A stretch of DNA of 33,524 bases from a virus (Duplodnaviria > Caudoviricetes), in the IMG/VR virus record IMGVR_UViG_3300025267_000059, positions 1 to 33,524 of that record; one strand, written 5' to 3'. Made by a program: the position numbers and the translations under genes. The notes below the pieces were generated by a model. It saw only the letters and a list, made by a program, of their open reading frames with translations, searched no databases and was not told the DNA's origin. This document shows, one piece after another, positions 18,258-28,217 of the stretch (position 1 is the first letter of the stretch; each line of letters begins with the position of its first letter).

Positions 18258-18410
18258 TTAATATCCCTCTTCGTTCGTTTTAGGTTTGAATTTCTTTTTA
18301 GGCTTGGGATTGGACTTGGACTTGGACTTGGACTTCACCAATCCCTCTGCCTTTTTGTCCATGCTTGTTCTCGGGGGGTCGAATTTTGGCGGAGTTTTTT
18401 TCTTAGCCAT
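18258..18410 (-). CDS. small Lys-rich protein (50 aa; not in ORF track)
   Basis: MAKKKTPPKFDPPRTSMDKKAEGLVKSKSKSKSNPKPKKKFKPKTNEEGY*. Starts 10 nt after the scaffold stop. Confidence 0.6.
   Translation of the reverse strand: MAKKKTPPKFDPPRTSMDKKAEGLVKSKSKSKSNPKPKKKFKPKTNEEGY
18310..18335. repeat. (ttggac)x4 microsatellite encoding KSKSKSKS
   Basis: Read directly from the sequence. Confidence 0.9.
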
Positions 18411-18420
18411 TTTGTCTTCC

Positions 18421-19410
18421 CTATTCTTGCTGTGCCTTGTCCCAGAATTCGACTAGAGCGGGATGGTTTGCTATATCGATGGCCTGCTGATCCGACGAAG
18501 GGATGGCCGCTGGTTCGCTCCTAGATGCCGCACCCACGGGCCGCCGCTTCTTGGACTGCTGCTGCAACTGCCTGCTGATCTTCTTTCTTTCCTGACCCTG
18601 AACCTCGGAGGAAAACAACATCATCTTCGCTCTCTCCGCCAGAACCTTGTCTTCAGGGACTACCGGAGGAACTCCGTCCCTGGCGGCTGTCTGATAAATG
18701 CCAGCGGCAATCGTGTCCATCCCTGTCCATAATTGCCGCCGGTTATTGTCCTGCTCTGGGGTAAGCTCTCGGTATTCACCATCGGCGTAAGACACTCCAA
18801 ACAGTTCGGGGTCCAGTTCGTCCACGAGGTCGTGGAAATCAATTGCATGATTTGCTATGGCCTCATCATTATGACGAACCTGTATGTCGGTAATCTCGCC
18901 CCTGAGATGTACGTTAGCCTCGTGTTCGGTTTTGAGAATATCCAGAACATCGTCTTCGTAGCCGGAGTCGCGGAGGGCGTCAATCTTCTTGTTGAAGTCA
19001 TCGACCATCGGGTCGGCAGATTCGGAGGCAGACTCAGCGTGCTGTTGCTCGACTGGCTGACCAAAGTTTGGATCGTTGGCAACATTGGCGAACGTGCCGT
19101 CAATCATTTTGGCCGCCTGCTGGAAGGCGAGTTCTGAACCAAGATTTTGCAGATGCTCCTCGCCCATGCCGTAGCTGGCGGCCACCTGCCGAATATTATC
19201 GGTGATCCATGGACTATCGGCGGGCTCGGCAGTGTCCCCACCGGACGAATCATCGTCATGATCCTCCGAGACGGCCTCCTCTTCACTTGATTCCTCATAT
19301 TGAGAATCATCCGGGTCACCGCCGCCAGCGATGATTTGTTCCCGTTCAGTCAGTTCAATGACCTCGGCTTCTTCCGGTTCATTCGAGACTTCCTGTCCTT
19401 CTTCGGCCAT
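18421..19410 (-). CDS. putative capsid scaffolding protein
   Basis: 329 aa with very acidic N-terminus, helical, basic C-terminal patch. Lies between portal and MCP. Confidence 0.7.
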   Translation of the reverse strand: MAEEGQEVSNEPEEAEVIELTEREQIIAGGGDPDDSQYEESSEEEAVSEDHDDDSSGGDTAEPADSPWITDNIRQVAASYGMGEEHLQNLGSELAFQQAAKMIDGTFANVANDPNFGQPVEQQHAESASESADPMVDDFNKKIDALRDSGYEDDVLDILKTEHEANVHLRGEITDIQVRHNDEAIANHAIDFHDLVDELDPELFGVSYADGEYRELTPEQDNNRRQLWTGMDTIAAGIYQTAARDGVPPVVPEDKVLAERAKMMLFSSEVQGQERKKISRQLQQQSKKRRPVGAASRSEPAAIPSSDQQAIDIANHPALVEFWDKAQQE

Positions 19411-19536
19411 GTCTTTTCCTTAAATGGCGTTGCGATATGAGATTGCGTTGCGCCATTTGTACTGGATACCACATGGAAAAGAACAGAAGAAAACAATAGT
19501 GGCACTATTCACCCCTTTTGGGTGCCGAATGTTCCA

Positions 19537-19968
19537 CTATCGGTATTCCTCAGCGACTCTTTTTTGAGCCCTTTCCAGCATTCCAGGGCTTAATGCTGAG
19601 CCGGAATGTGGGTTTTTGTCAAAGAATTGGCGGGACTCGACGTAGCGAATACGCTCTTTCTCTGAGTCAAAGTGTGCGTTGTAGAACCTCGGCTCCAGCG
19701 GGTCCTGCACGAATTCAACGCTGTGGCCGTGGAGGCGGGCATGTTCTCTCCACCCGTCAACGGCGTCGTCTATGCACCCCAGTGCCGAACTTACTGTCTT
19801 GGGGTTCACGGGGAGAACAGGAGCGGACTTTCTGAAAGACCCCCCTTCATGGACACGACGAGCCACGGAGCCATCTTCTAATGCGAGGAGCCCGTCCTTG
19901 GCGTTCATCATCGTCTCAAAGTCTACCGAGACGATGGCTCCGTCATCCTTGCGAAACTCGTAGTCCAT
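19537..19968 (-). CDS. hypothetical phage protein
   Basis: Start revised to MDYEFRK (143 aa). Lies in the head-gene cluster. Confidence 0.6.
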   Translation of the reverse strand: MDYEFRKDDGAIVSVDFETMMNAKDGLLALEDGSVARRVHEGGSFRKSAPVLPVNPKTVSSALGCIDDAVDGWREHARLHGHSVEFVQDPLEPRFYNAHFDSEKERIRYVESRQFFDKNPHSGSALSPGMLERAQKRVAEEYR

Positions 19969-20104
19969 GATTTGGTTCCCGTTGTCTCCGTTGCGACCCC
20001 CACCGAATACTGGACAACCCATTCACCCTGCGAACATTTGGTCGTCCACGTTTGTGTGTCTGTGTTCCTTAATGGAATCAGGTATTCGTAAAGTCTACGG
20101 TCCA

Positions 20105-20422
20105 TCATCTCGCCCATTTTGACAGTCTCCCTATTTCCTGTTCCATGTACGCGCCCCTTTCGGCCTGCATCTCACTGAATCTGTTTTTTAGCGAGGTTTC
20201 CGTGGGGTGAATGTCTAGTTCCGTTTTCCTTTGTTTTATTTCATCACACTTCTTTTTGATGTGAGCCTGGACCAATTCGTCGTCCTCGTCCCACGAGTTC
20301 CCCCCCTTGGGGGCTCGACTATGCCCCTCAAGTCGGAGAAGCGCGTTGTAAACTTCCTCCGGGGTTCCCTCCAAACCGTAAGGCTCTACAGGAGCATCCT
20401 TGGTTCTTTTTCTCCTCGGCAC
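20105..20422 (-). CDS. hypothetical protein
   Basis: 105 aa, GTG start after AAGGA, directly after the portal gene. Confidence 0.55.
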   Translation of the reverse strand: MPRRKRTKDAPVEPYGLEGTPEEVYNALLRLEGHSRAPKGGNSWDEDDELVQAHIKKKCDEIKQRKTELDIHPTETSLKNRFSEMQAERGAYMEQEIGRLSKWAR

Positions 20423-20434
20423 AGGAATCCTTCC

Positions 20435-22357
20435 CTATCCAGGCATGCCTGTTCTTTCTTGCGGGGCAGGTACGCCAGTCAATTCTGATTCCCCTCCGGG
20501 GCCGCCTCCGGCCCATGCCTCCGGCGACATGGCTGACTGCTGCGCCGGAACATTTTGGCGTATATGCTCCGTCGTCTTCTCAATGGGGCTTCCCATCTTA
20601 TTGGACTGTTGGGATGCGTTGGGGTTAGGAGAATTGAGTCCCGTCAAGTCCACGGCATCAAATTTAATCACATCCTTGAGTCTGGGCTCGTTCATTAAAT
20701 CGGAGTAGAGTTCCAGTAACTTGGCAAAATCAATCTTGCCGCCCTGCTCCATCATCATCTGCATGTAGGCACTGAACAGGTTGAGGGTCTCGTTGACATT
20801 CTGTATCCGGTCTTGGGGACTCTGATACCCCATGCTAAAGATGTCTATAGTAAGATCGTAGTCGAGGAAATTACCCTCCCTGTTTTCGGGAGTCCAGGTC
20901 GCATCAATAGTAAAGTCATCGGTCCCCTCAACAATATAGTCGGCAGGAATTTCCTTGATCTCATCCTGCCAGAGGAGGTGCCCCAGGTCTCTGATTAAAC
21001 CAGTAGCGGCCTCCAATACCCGATACTGCATCTGGGCTTCTTTCTTACCGGCGTGACGGGCAATCAACTGTTCTTGTCTGGCCGTGGGGGCCGACGACCC
21101 CAGTCCTGCCTGAACCTGGAGGTTCCCTGCCATGCGGTCAAACATTTCAATAACACCGCCAAGGAACCCCTGATTACTGGGGTCCACTCCGCCAATCTGC
21201 ACTTCCTTGAGTTCGCCGTTGTCCTGTACTTCGACCCAGGCATCGTCTCCGGCACGTTGAATCTTCTGGGCGTCCTTGTGGGAGGCCGGGGGATAAGTGT
21301 GAATCCTACGAGCCGCCCTGGCCTTCCGCCCTTGCTTTCTAATGATATTGTTAGCCAGCTTGGACAGGTTATTCAGATGTGACGCCGGGGATGACGGCAT
21401 GATGTTCTCGGGAACATCGTTGAAACTCAGCATGTGATAGGGACCGAACTCGGGGCCGTCCCACTCCATCTCGGCCAAGGGACCAAATCGCCCCTCAAAC
21501 CTCTTAACGTGGTCCATGGCGAACGTATATATCTTGCCCTCCCTGGCGATCCAGATGTCCATCAGGTCGATCATGGGCTCGTATTCGTCGGGATCGGTAC
21601 TGAGGCCACGGGAGATTAACTCCAGGCGTTCCTGGTCCTGGGTGAATTTACTAGTGGGGCTCAGGCGGCTGACGACCTTCTGGTCGTAGAGTTCCGGGTC
21701 CTTGAGGTCCCTGAAGGGAATCCTGTAGCCGTCGCCCGCAAATTGAATTTCTGACCACTTCTTGCTCGACATGTCGAACACAAAGTTGTCGAGGGAGACA
21801 TTAGATGCGAACGGTTTGCCGGGGTCCATCCATCGATCTGTCTCGACTTCGACGAGACCTGCATCGGCCATGTGAACCTTAACGACGCCCACACAGAAGA
21901 AGGCATCCATAACCCAACGACGCATCGTTTGTTCCAGGCCGATCTCCTTGATGAGGTTATTGACCGCCGTCTCAAACATCTTGGAGAAGTACTTCAGGTC
22001 GGGATACTGGGTGGACACGAGAATGCGTGGCCGGTTGGCGGCCAAGCTCATCGTATAAGCCTCTACCGCTTGGTTCATCAGGTTCATATAGATTTCGTGG
22101 CGGGGCGAGCCACCCTGACCATACGAACTACCTGCATACTCCTCAACAAGATTGTGTATGAGAGTGCGAAACGGCAACAACTTCCGATAGGAACCCGTAA
22201 TTGCAGAGAAGAGCCTGTTGCGTGTGTCCTCGTCGCTCATGTCCTTTGGGACAAAGGCTTCATCTTTATCGCCGTAGGACCTGCGGCCCTCTTTGTCCCC
22301 GGTATAGGCCCCGGACTTGCGATCCTCTTTGTCACCGGCATAAGTTCCTACTGGCAT
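20435..22357 (-). CDS. portal protein
   Basis: 640 aa after terminase, GGGAGG RBS. 'TA.QE' motif and G..KV pattern of P22/T7-like portals. Confidence 0.8.
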   Translation of the reverse strand: MPVGTYAGDKEDRKSGAYTGDKEGRRSYGDKDEAFVPKDMSDEDTRNRLFSAITGSYRKLLPFRTLIHNLVEEYAGSSYGQGGSPRHEIYMNLMNQAVEAYTMSLAANRPRILVSTQYPDLKYFSKMFETAVNNLIKEIGLEQTMRRWVMDAFFCVGVVKVHMADAGLVEVETDRWMDPGKPFASNVSLDNFVFDMSSKKWSEIQFAGDGYRIPFRDLKDPELYDQKVVSRLSPTSKFTQDQERLELISRGLSTDPDEYEPMIDLMDIWIAREGKIYTFAMDHVKRFEGRFGPLAEMEWDGPEFGPYHMLSFNDVPENIMPSSPASHLNNLSKLANNIIRKQGRKARAARRIHTYPPASHKDAQKIQRAGDDAWVEVQDNGELKEVQIGGVDPSNQGFLGGVIEMFDRMAGNLQVQAGLGSSAPTARQEQLIARHAGKKEAQMQYRVLEAATGLIRDLGHLLWQDEIKEIPADYIVEGTDDFTIDATWTPENREGNFLDYDLTIDIFSMGYQSPQDRIQNVNETLNLFSAYMQMMMEQGGKIDFAKLLELYSDLMNEPRLKDVIKFDAVDLTGLNSPNPNASQQSNKMGSPIEKTTEHIRQNVPAQQSAMSPEAWAGGGPGGESELTGVPAPQERTGMPG

Positions 22358-22393
22358 GGCAGCCTCCCTGCTACATCATAATGTTTTTTTCAA

Positions 22394-24349
22394 TTAACCA
22401 AAAGAATTCCCAATGTGGTTCTCAGCTAGCGTTCCAACTTCGCGGTCATCCCAACCGTCATCCTCCTTCTTCGTTTGTCGCTCCGCCATCCTGGCCGCCA
22501 TAGTGTATGGGGGGATGGCTCCGGTGTTCACCGAATTCACATCAATAGAGAGGCTCTTTCCTGTCGGCCTGTCAATCGCCGCCTGTAATGCCACCACAAA
22601 GGCCATCACCCGGTCACCGTGTGCAACTCCCTTGGTCGCGTCATTGGAACTTTTGAACGCCGTCAGATGCTCAATCTTACCATTAATGCGGACGTATTCC
22701 CCAGACTCTTGCACAATAGCGCGACTCCTGAGTTTTACTTCGCCCTTCGTGATCATCCGTATGTAATCCGAAAATCCAGCTTCCTTGGAAGCGGGGTTTG
22801 TGTGCCACCCGATGTCCTTCGACTTCCTCTTCCCCTTCTTGGTCCACACTGTTCTCATGAAAATATTGGGATACCCCATCTCCTTTACTCTCTTGGAGAA
22901 CCCTCCGCCGTAGTTAATTTCCCAGGCCAAGTAGGCGTCGTGGAACCATTTACAAATAGCCATCGCCTGCTCGGCAAACTCCGAGGGCTCCACCACGTTA
23001 GTGGCGTATTCCATTACCTGCTCCATAGAGATCAAGTCGATCACCTGGATCACGGAATTGGAGGTGTGGCTCCCGCCCAGGCCGGAGGATATATCCACGC
23101 CAACGGCGTATGGGCGAATAGGGGGCCGCAGCGAATGGTCTAGATTGCACCAGACCTTCATCGGCCCGCCCTTGGCCTCCTCGAAAGACATAGTCAATTT
23201 TGACCTGTCGTATTGAATACCACCCTCATACCGGAACGACATGACGGACTCATTCGCCTTCTTAAAGAACTCAGGCCCCATGATGCGATATACCGAGCCG
23301 CCATAGTCCCGGTCCAGTTCCTGGGCAATGCTCTGGGGAGTTGCGCCGGGCCTGTCGCACTGCCTGTCGTACCATGGGGACCTGAGTTTGTTTTCCAGCT
23401 TGTACCCATTCTGTCGCAGTCGGGAAAACAGATCGAGTAATTCCGGGGTAGGAGGGTCATATCCCTTGGCTAGAGGATTCTTCTCAGGGTCCACCGCGAC
23501 GGGGACACCATGTTCCAGCTTATACAGGCCCCAGTTCCTGGTTTCATTCTGCTTCCAGTCCAGCACCAGCTTCACCATGTTGCTGGGCGCATGCATGATC
23601 CGGTAGTACTCGCCCTCGGCCCCCTTGGGTGTAGAGATCAATGCCCTGCTCTCAGTCACATGCTGAGTCGAGGCCATCGCGTGCATATCTGCTGGGCGTG
23701 GAAACTTAGCGAGTTCGTCAAACATTATCCAGTACTTACGGCCACCCGTAGTCACATCGCCCGTGGCCGTGTAGCCCACGACCTGAGAACCATTGCGGAG
23801 ATTCTTGAGAATGTGCCTGGATACGTTCCGACTGTAGTCCTTGTCTTTTTCTCCGGCCATCCAGGGCGGCAGCTTGGACAACTCCCAATCCAGCTTCCAC
23901 ATCAATGAGTCAGGATCGTCCGGGTTGTCTACCGCCAGTTCGGTTCTGGAGATGAAGCCAATAGCGGACATGGGCTGGAACAGCCAGTCATGGAGTGCCA
24001 GGAGAATGAATATCCAACTAGCCCCTTCGCCACGACTCTTCTCAATGCCAATGTCCTCAAACCCCAGTGCCTCTCGGGCACCGAGGATTACAGGGTCCTG
24101 ATGCTCCCAGGTAATGAAGGGAATAACCATGGGAAGCTTCTTGCCCTCAACCTTTCGGGGGCGAGGCTCGTACAACCAGCAGAAACAGTTGAAAAAGAAC
24201 AGCACATCATCCTGACACGCCTTCAGTAGATGTTTTTGAAATGCGAAATCCTCGGATGCCCTCCGCAGGTACTTGGCCCGAAGTTGCATGTTCTGGGAGT
24301 ATTCCTTTCCCCCCGCTTTACAGAAATCGTCGTAGAACCGAGTAGACAT
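22394..24349 (-). CDS. terL: terminase large subunit
   Basis: IEKSR.EGASW Walker A variant, IMFDE Walker B, ISTP motif III, AVGVD nuclease motif, HGDRVMA. Confidence 0.92.
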   Translation of the reverse strand: MSTRFYDDFCKAGGKEYSQNMQLRAKYLRRASEDFAFQKHLLKACQDDVLFFFNCFCWLYEPRPRKVEGKKLPMVIPFITWEHQDPVILGAREALGFEDIGIEKSRGEGASWIFILLALHDWLFQPMSAIGFISRTELAVDNPDDPDSLMWKLDWELSKLPPWMAGEKDKDYSRNVSRHILKNLRNGSQVVGYTATGDVTTGGRKYWIMFDELAKFPRPADMHAMASTQHVTESRALISTPKGAEGEYYRIMHAPSNMVKLVLDWKQNETRNWGLYKLEHGVPVAVDPEKNPLAKGYDPPTPELLDLFSRLRQNGYKLENKLRSPWYDRQCDRPGATPQSIAQELDRDYGGSVYRIMGPEFFKKANESVMSFRYEGGIQYDRSKLTMSFEEAKGGPMKVWCNLDHSLRPPIRPYAVGVDISSGLGGSHTSNSVIQVIDLISMEQVMEYATNVVEPSEFAEQAMAICKWFHDAYLAWEINYGGGFSKRVKEMGYPNIFMRTVWTKKGKRKSKDIGWHTNPASKEAGFSDYIRMITKGEVKLRSRAIVQESGEYVRINGKIEHLTAFKSSNDATKGVAHGDRVMAFVVALQAAIDRPTGKSLSIDVNSVNTGAIPPYTMAARMAERQTKKEDDGWDDREVGTLAENHIGNSFG

Positions 24350-24993
24350 TATCCGTCCAGCCCCTGGAGATTAAATTCCTTAAGCATCTCTTCGACCTCC
24401 TCCAGGGTGGGGTCGTGGACCACCTTTTTGGTCGCTTCCTTCTTTTCTTCCTTCTTATGGACGACAGGCTTGGGGGCCGGTTTCTCGGCGGCATGCACCA
24501 TCTCGAAAAATTTACGGGGCTCGTTGGACCAGTACTGGAGCTTATTGACGGCTGCCTGGGAGGGGGCGTCCAGTATGTCCTCAATCGTCAGGATTACCTT
24601 CTTGTCCTCCGGGTCGCGGTCCTTTCTCCGCATGGCCGGATGGCTGGCAATCCAGTTATTCTCCTTGCGGGGGGTAGAGCGGTCCTGTTTCTCGCTGACT
24701 ACCAACTCAAACTTGGCCTTTACCTTGGCGTCCCCGTCTAGCAGGGCCTCCTCTTCCTGAAGAAACTCCGCAAACAGGACTCTTTCGTCAGCGGCACCGC
24801 GATAATCCCTCTCTTTGGCGATGCTACGCATGATATTGATGAACCCCTTGTACCCCTCCTGATCCCCATTCTTCTGGATTTCCTTGATCTCATCATAGAT
24901 GCCCTGCCACTTGCACTCCCGCTCCATGCGGTGCTGCCAGAGGCGGTACGGGTCGCCATTAATGTCGAGCGGCTGTTTCCTGCGGTAGGCCAT
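24349..24993 (-). CDS. putative terminase small subunit
   Basis: Start revised to MAYRRK (GGGGG RBS). Coupled to terL. Call is positional. Confidence 0.5.
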   Translation of the reverse strand: MAYRRKQPLDINGDPYRLWQHRMERECKWQGIYDEIKEIQKNGDQEGYKGFINIMRSIAKERDYRGAADERVLFAEFLQEEEALLDGDAKVKAKFELVVSEKQDRSTPRKENNWIASHPAMRRKDRDPEDKKVILTIEDILDAPSQAAVNKLQYWSNEPRKFFEMVHAAEKPAPKPVVHKKEEKKEATKKVVHDPTLEEVEEMLKEFNLQGLDG

Positions 24994-25003
24994 GGTTCCC
25001 CCT

Positions 25004-25291
25004 TTAGCCCCTTTTGCCAAATAAGACACTCTCGGTCAACCCATGCAGGACGGCGGAGGGACTCTTGCCTTCTGCGGTCCAGTGGGGCTGAGTTCTCAGG
25101 GTTATGTCTTCTTCCCCTTCCTCCAACTCACTTAAAATCTCCCCGATAGAGGCTGGAATTGCTACCGCAGTATAACTCCCCTTTGCGTTCTTCCATATGG
25201 ATAGAGACCAGCCATTATCCAATAGCTTTTTGCACTCATCGGCGTTTCTTAGGGAGGCAGAGGGCACTAAGTCTTTACCAGTTGCTTTCAT
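25004..25291 (-). CDS. hypothetical protein
   Basis: Probable start at MKATGK (95 aa), upstream of terS. Confidence 0.45.
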   Translation of the reverse strand: MKATGKDLVPSASLRNADECKKLLDNGWSLSIWKNAKGSYTAVAIPASIGEILSELEEGEEDITLRTQPHWTAEGKSPSAVLHGLTESVLFGKRG

Positions 25292-25337
25292 AGCTTGATG
25301 GAGTAACAATGGACACACCGTTTGAGGGGAGACGAGC

Positions 25338-25547
25338 ATGGATGCCTACGCCCATTCTAAGTGGATATGCCCAAAATGCGGTAGAGTTATCCTGTCGCAA
25401 CCCGGCCTTAGACCTCGCAGGTGCAATGAATGCAAATCGCAAGGTGCAGATTTAAATTACCGGGGCGGCCACTGGGACTTTAAGGAGCCAAAAGATGATC
25501 GACGTGATCCACGGGAATTGCCTGGAAGTGATTCCAAAACTGGGTGA
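25338..25547 (+). CDS. small zinc-ribbon protein
   Basis: CPKC...CNEC, GGGGGAG RBS. Confidence 0.6.
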   Translation: MDAYAHSKWICPKCGRVILSQPGLRPRRCNECKSQGADLNYRGGHWDFKEPKDDRRDPRELPGSDSKTG

Positions 25548-26250
25548 ATTTAACTTTTGCTTTCTCGATCCGCCGTTCAACATCAATCAACAATATCTGG
25601 AGTATTCCGACAACCTCCCCGAAGAGGAATACAGGTTCATACTCCGACTGGCAACCTTAAGGGCCTGGGACTCCTGCACCGGAGTCATGTGCCTGCATGG
25701 GCCTGACGAACTCGTCAAACTCTGGCTGAAGATGGAAGACGCCGCCGGGATGACCCGCATCAACTGGGTCAACTGGTACTACGATTTCGGTCAGAATAAT
25801 CGCCATAACTTCACGAAAGCCAGGGAACACTGCCTGATTTATGGCCGCGAGGGGCATACCTTCAACCCCGACGCCGTCACAATCACCCCGGCAAGGGCAT
25901 CCAAGTACAATGACAAGAGGGCATCCAAGTCCAAAACCCCCGGCAAAAGGCTCCCAGGCACGGTTTGGGGTCTTCCTCAAGACGGGCCGAACTGGGGCCG
26001 GGTGATGGGAAATTCCAAGGAGCGGATATCGGATTGTCCCAATCAGCTTCCAGAGAATTACCTAGCCAGACTGATCAAGGCATACACCAACCCAGGCGAC
26101 AGGTGCCTGGACCCCTTCGGCGGCACGGGAACTACCGCCGTGGTCGCGAACGCTTTGGACCGTGACTGCGTAACTATTGATATTGGCAAAACCAATGTTG
26201 ATATCATCAAGAAACGCATTGAAAAGGGAGCGATTCGTGACTTTAAATGA
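25495..26250 (+). CDS. DNA N6-adenine/N4-cytosine methyltransferase, beta class
   Basis: DPPF catalytic motif N-terminal to the DPFGGTGTT SAM-binding motif. AAGGAG RBS. Confidence 0.92.
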   Translation: MIDVIHGNCLEVIPKLGEFNFCFLDPPFNINQQYLEYSDNLPEEEYRFILRLATLRAWDSCTGVMCLHGPDELVKLWLKMEDAAGMTRINWVNWYYDFGQNNRHNFTKAREHCLIYGREGHTFNPDAVTITPARASKYNDKRASKSKTPGKRLPGTVWGLPQDGPNWGRVMGNSKERISDCPNQLPENYLARLIKAYTNPGDRCLDPFGGTGTTAVVANALDRDCVTIDIGKTNVDIIKKRIEKGAIRDFK

Positions 26251-26602
26251 GATGTGTACCGACGAATTTTGGAAGATGAACGAATTCTGCTGGGACAGTA
26301 TCCTTGGCGAGGATTACCTTTACCTCACCGCGAAACTGTCTCGGGAAAAGTGTTGGCTTTGCGGCGGATTCAATGTGCATTCCGAGCCCTGCAAGGAGCA
26401 AAACCACGAGTGGAACAAAATGGACTTCGGCAGGCATCGCGGCCTGCATGTCTCCAAGGTTCCCTCCGGGTATCTGGAATTTTGCCTCGTGAAGGGAGTC
26501 CGATCCGAGGAAGAGAGGGGCCGATGGCTCATCGAACTGCAAAACAGGGACGACAAATATAAACACCCCAAATGGGAAGGACTAGTCAGTGACGAAAGCT
26601 GA
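26237..26602 (+). CDS. DUF3820-like domain protein with CxxC...H..C motif
   Basis: MDFGRHRG..VSKVPSGYLEF pattern. GTG start after AAGGGAG. Confidence 0.6.
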   Translation: MTLNEMCTDEFWKMNEFCWDSILGEDYLYLTAKLSREKCWLCGGFNVHSEPCKEQNHEWNKMDFGRHRGLHVSKVPSGYLEFCLVKGVRSEEERGRWLIELQNRDDKYKHPKWEGLVSDES

Positions 26603-28118
26603 TTTTTCTTACCAGGAAGACTGCGTCAAGCGTATCCTCTCCCGCCGTGGACATATCAAGAAGATAGTCGCCTCGGCCCCCACGGGGTCGGGAAAAAGCC
26701 GGATGATCTTGAGCCTATTTGAGGAGGAACTCAAAAATGGCGGCAGGCCCATTGTTTATACGCATCGAAGGATTCTACGAGAACAATTATCGCGTACTCT
26801 GGCAGGGTTCGGTGTGCCCCACGGAGTCCGAGCGGCTGGCGTTAGTTCGTCTCTTGGAGAGCATGCACAAGTATCCAGTATCCATACGGAAAGAGCCCGC
26901 TCCCTCAAAGGGGCCTGGGAACTTCACGACGCGACACTCGCCGTCTACGACGAAGCCCATAGCCAAAAAGCAGAAACGGCTAAAGAGATTATGGCACGCC
27001 ATGAAGAGGCTGGGGCGTTTCAAGTAGGGTTCACGGCCACGCCCGTTGGACTAGGCGGAGTCTATGAAGAACTGCTCTCGCTCATTTCCAACTCCGATCT
27101 ACGCCGCCGGGGCGTAATTGTCCCCTGCGAAGTCTTCTCCCCCTCAGAGATCGATATGTCGGGAGTCTCCGACGACGGGGACGACTACGTTCAGGTCCAG
27201 ATGCGTGAACGCTTCAATCAGGTCCGACACGCCGTGATCGGTGATATTCTCGATCACTACCGCCTCCTCAATCCACTCCAAAGCCCCACGGTCCTGTTCG
27301 CACCCGGCGTTCCCGAGTCGCGGTGGATCGCGGAGTACTTTACTAATGCCGGTGTTCCTAGTGTTCACCTGGAGGCCAAGACCCCCGACGAGGAAAGAGA
27401 TCAGACGTTTAAACGCCTAGAGTCCGGGGCCATCAAGATGGTGGCGTCCTATGGGATCATCAACGAAGGCTGGGACCTACCGGCGGTGTCGCACGCGATC
27501 TTTTGTAGGCCCACAAAGTCTGTTGTGGTTTACCTCCAGGCCGTGGGGAGAATCCTCCGTGCAGCACCAGGGAAAACACACTGCACACTTCAAGATCACG
27601 CCGGGGCGTGGTGGCAGCCCGGACTGGGGAGCCCCAACGAAGACCGATTCTGGTCCCTGGACGATACCTGCCGCAACATACGCTCCAGGGTTAAGAAGAA
27701 AAGGGAAAGCCCACTGGACGAGGATGACGAGCCGCTCTGCTGCCCTAAATGCTCTCGGGCCTGGAGGAGGCTGCCGGAGAAGTGTATCTGCGGACACACC
27801 TTCAAAAAGGGCCAGAGGCGAATCTTTGAGGCCGATGGAACCCTGGTTCGCAAGACAGGCCCCGTGATCAAGAAGAAACGCCTGAAGAAGGATAACGACT
27901 TCCTCCGTACCGGCATTTTTGCGGCGGCCAGATCGGGCCTGACCGTGGGGCAAGCCTACTGGATCGCATGTAAGAGCAAGAGGGCCTACTACTCCAAGCC
28001 CAGCGACCACTCCGTCTGCATCAGGTCGGAGGACTGCAATATCTACCTGCCCGAGAGACACGAAGCGGACTGGTCGAAGAAGGCCAGCGAAGTCTACCCA
28101 TGGGCCGTCGCCAAATAA
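26589..28118 (+). CDS. SF2 DEAH helicase (YejH/RadD-like) with C-terminal Zn finger
   Basis: APTGSGKS, DEAH, TATP, EGWD.P, QAVGRILR motifs, plus CPKC...C.C. Confidence 0.92.
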   Translation: MTKADFSYQEDCVKRILSRRGHIKKIVASAPTGSGKSRMILSLFEEELKNGGRPIVYTHRRILREQLSRTLAGFGVPHGVRAAGVSSSLGEHAQVSSIHTERARSLKGAWELHDATLAVYDEAHSQKAETAKEIMARHEEAGAFQVGFTATPVGLGGVYEELLSLISNSDLRRRGVIVPCEVFSPSEIDMSGVSDDGDDYVQVQMRERFNQVRHAVIGDILDHYRLLNPLQSPTVLFAPGVPESRWIAEYFTNAGVPSVHLEAKTPDEERDQTFKRLESGAIKMVASYGIINEGWDLPAVSHAIFCRPTKSVVVYLQAVGRILRAAPGKTHCTLQDHAGAWWQPGLGSPNEDRFWSLDDTCRNIRSRVKKKRESPLDEDDEPLCCPKCSRAWRRLPEKCICGHTFKKGQRRIFEADGTLVRKTGPVIKKKRLKKDNDFLRTGIFAAARSGLTVGQAYWIACKSKRAYYSKPSDHSVCIRSEDCNIYLPERHEADWSKKASEVYPWAVAK

Positions 28119-28202
28119 AAAGGCCAGGGCTCGTGAAAACCCTGGCCCGTCTTTCACCCCTGAAAGACAGAAAGGAGGCCGAGTAGGAGTCAGCCTTCTT
28201 TT
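28117..28202. terminator. convergent terminator region with three hairpins
   Basis: Hairpin 28122-28147 has a U-tract on the minus strand. Hairpin 28149-28168 is a perfect 8-bp stem. Hairpin 28171-28201 ends in a U-run on the plus strand. Confidence 0.7.
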
Positions 28203-28217
28203 AGAATTCTAGCAGTG

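Noticed and set aside
19495-19509. AATAGT-ggc-ACTATT palindrome upstream of the scaffold gene (possible operator or promoter)
   Set aside because: Single short occurrence. I found no second copy or convincing -35/-10 pair.
19923-20117. Possible 61-64-aa ORF between head genes
   Set aside because: Overlaps the next gene, has no motif, and support is insufficient
25338-28118. Plus-strand block as an invertible segment
   Set aside because: No flanking inverted repeats or recombinase seen
27477-28157. 226-aa minus-strand ORF
   Set aside because: Antisense to the helicase
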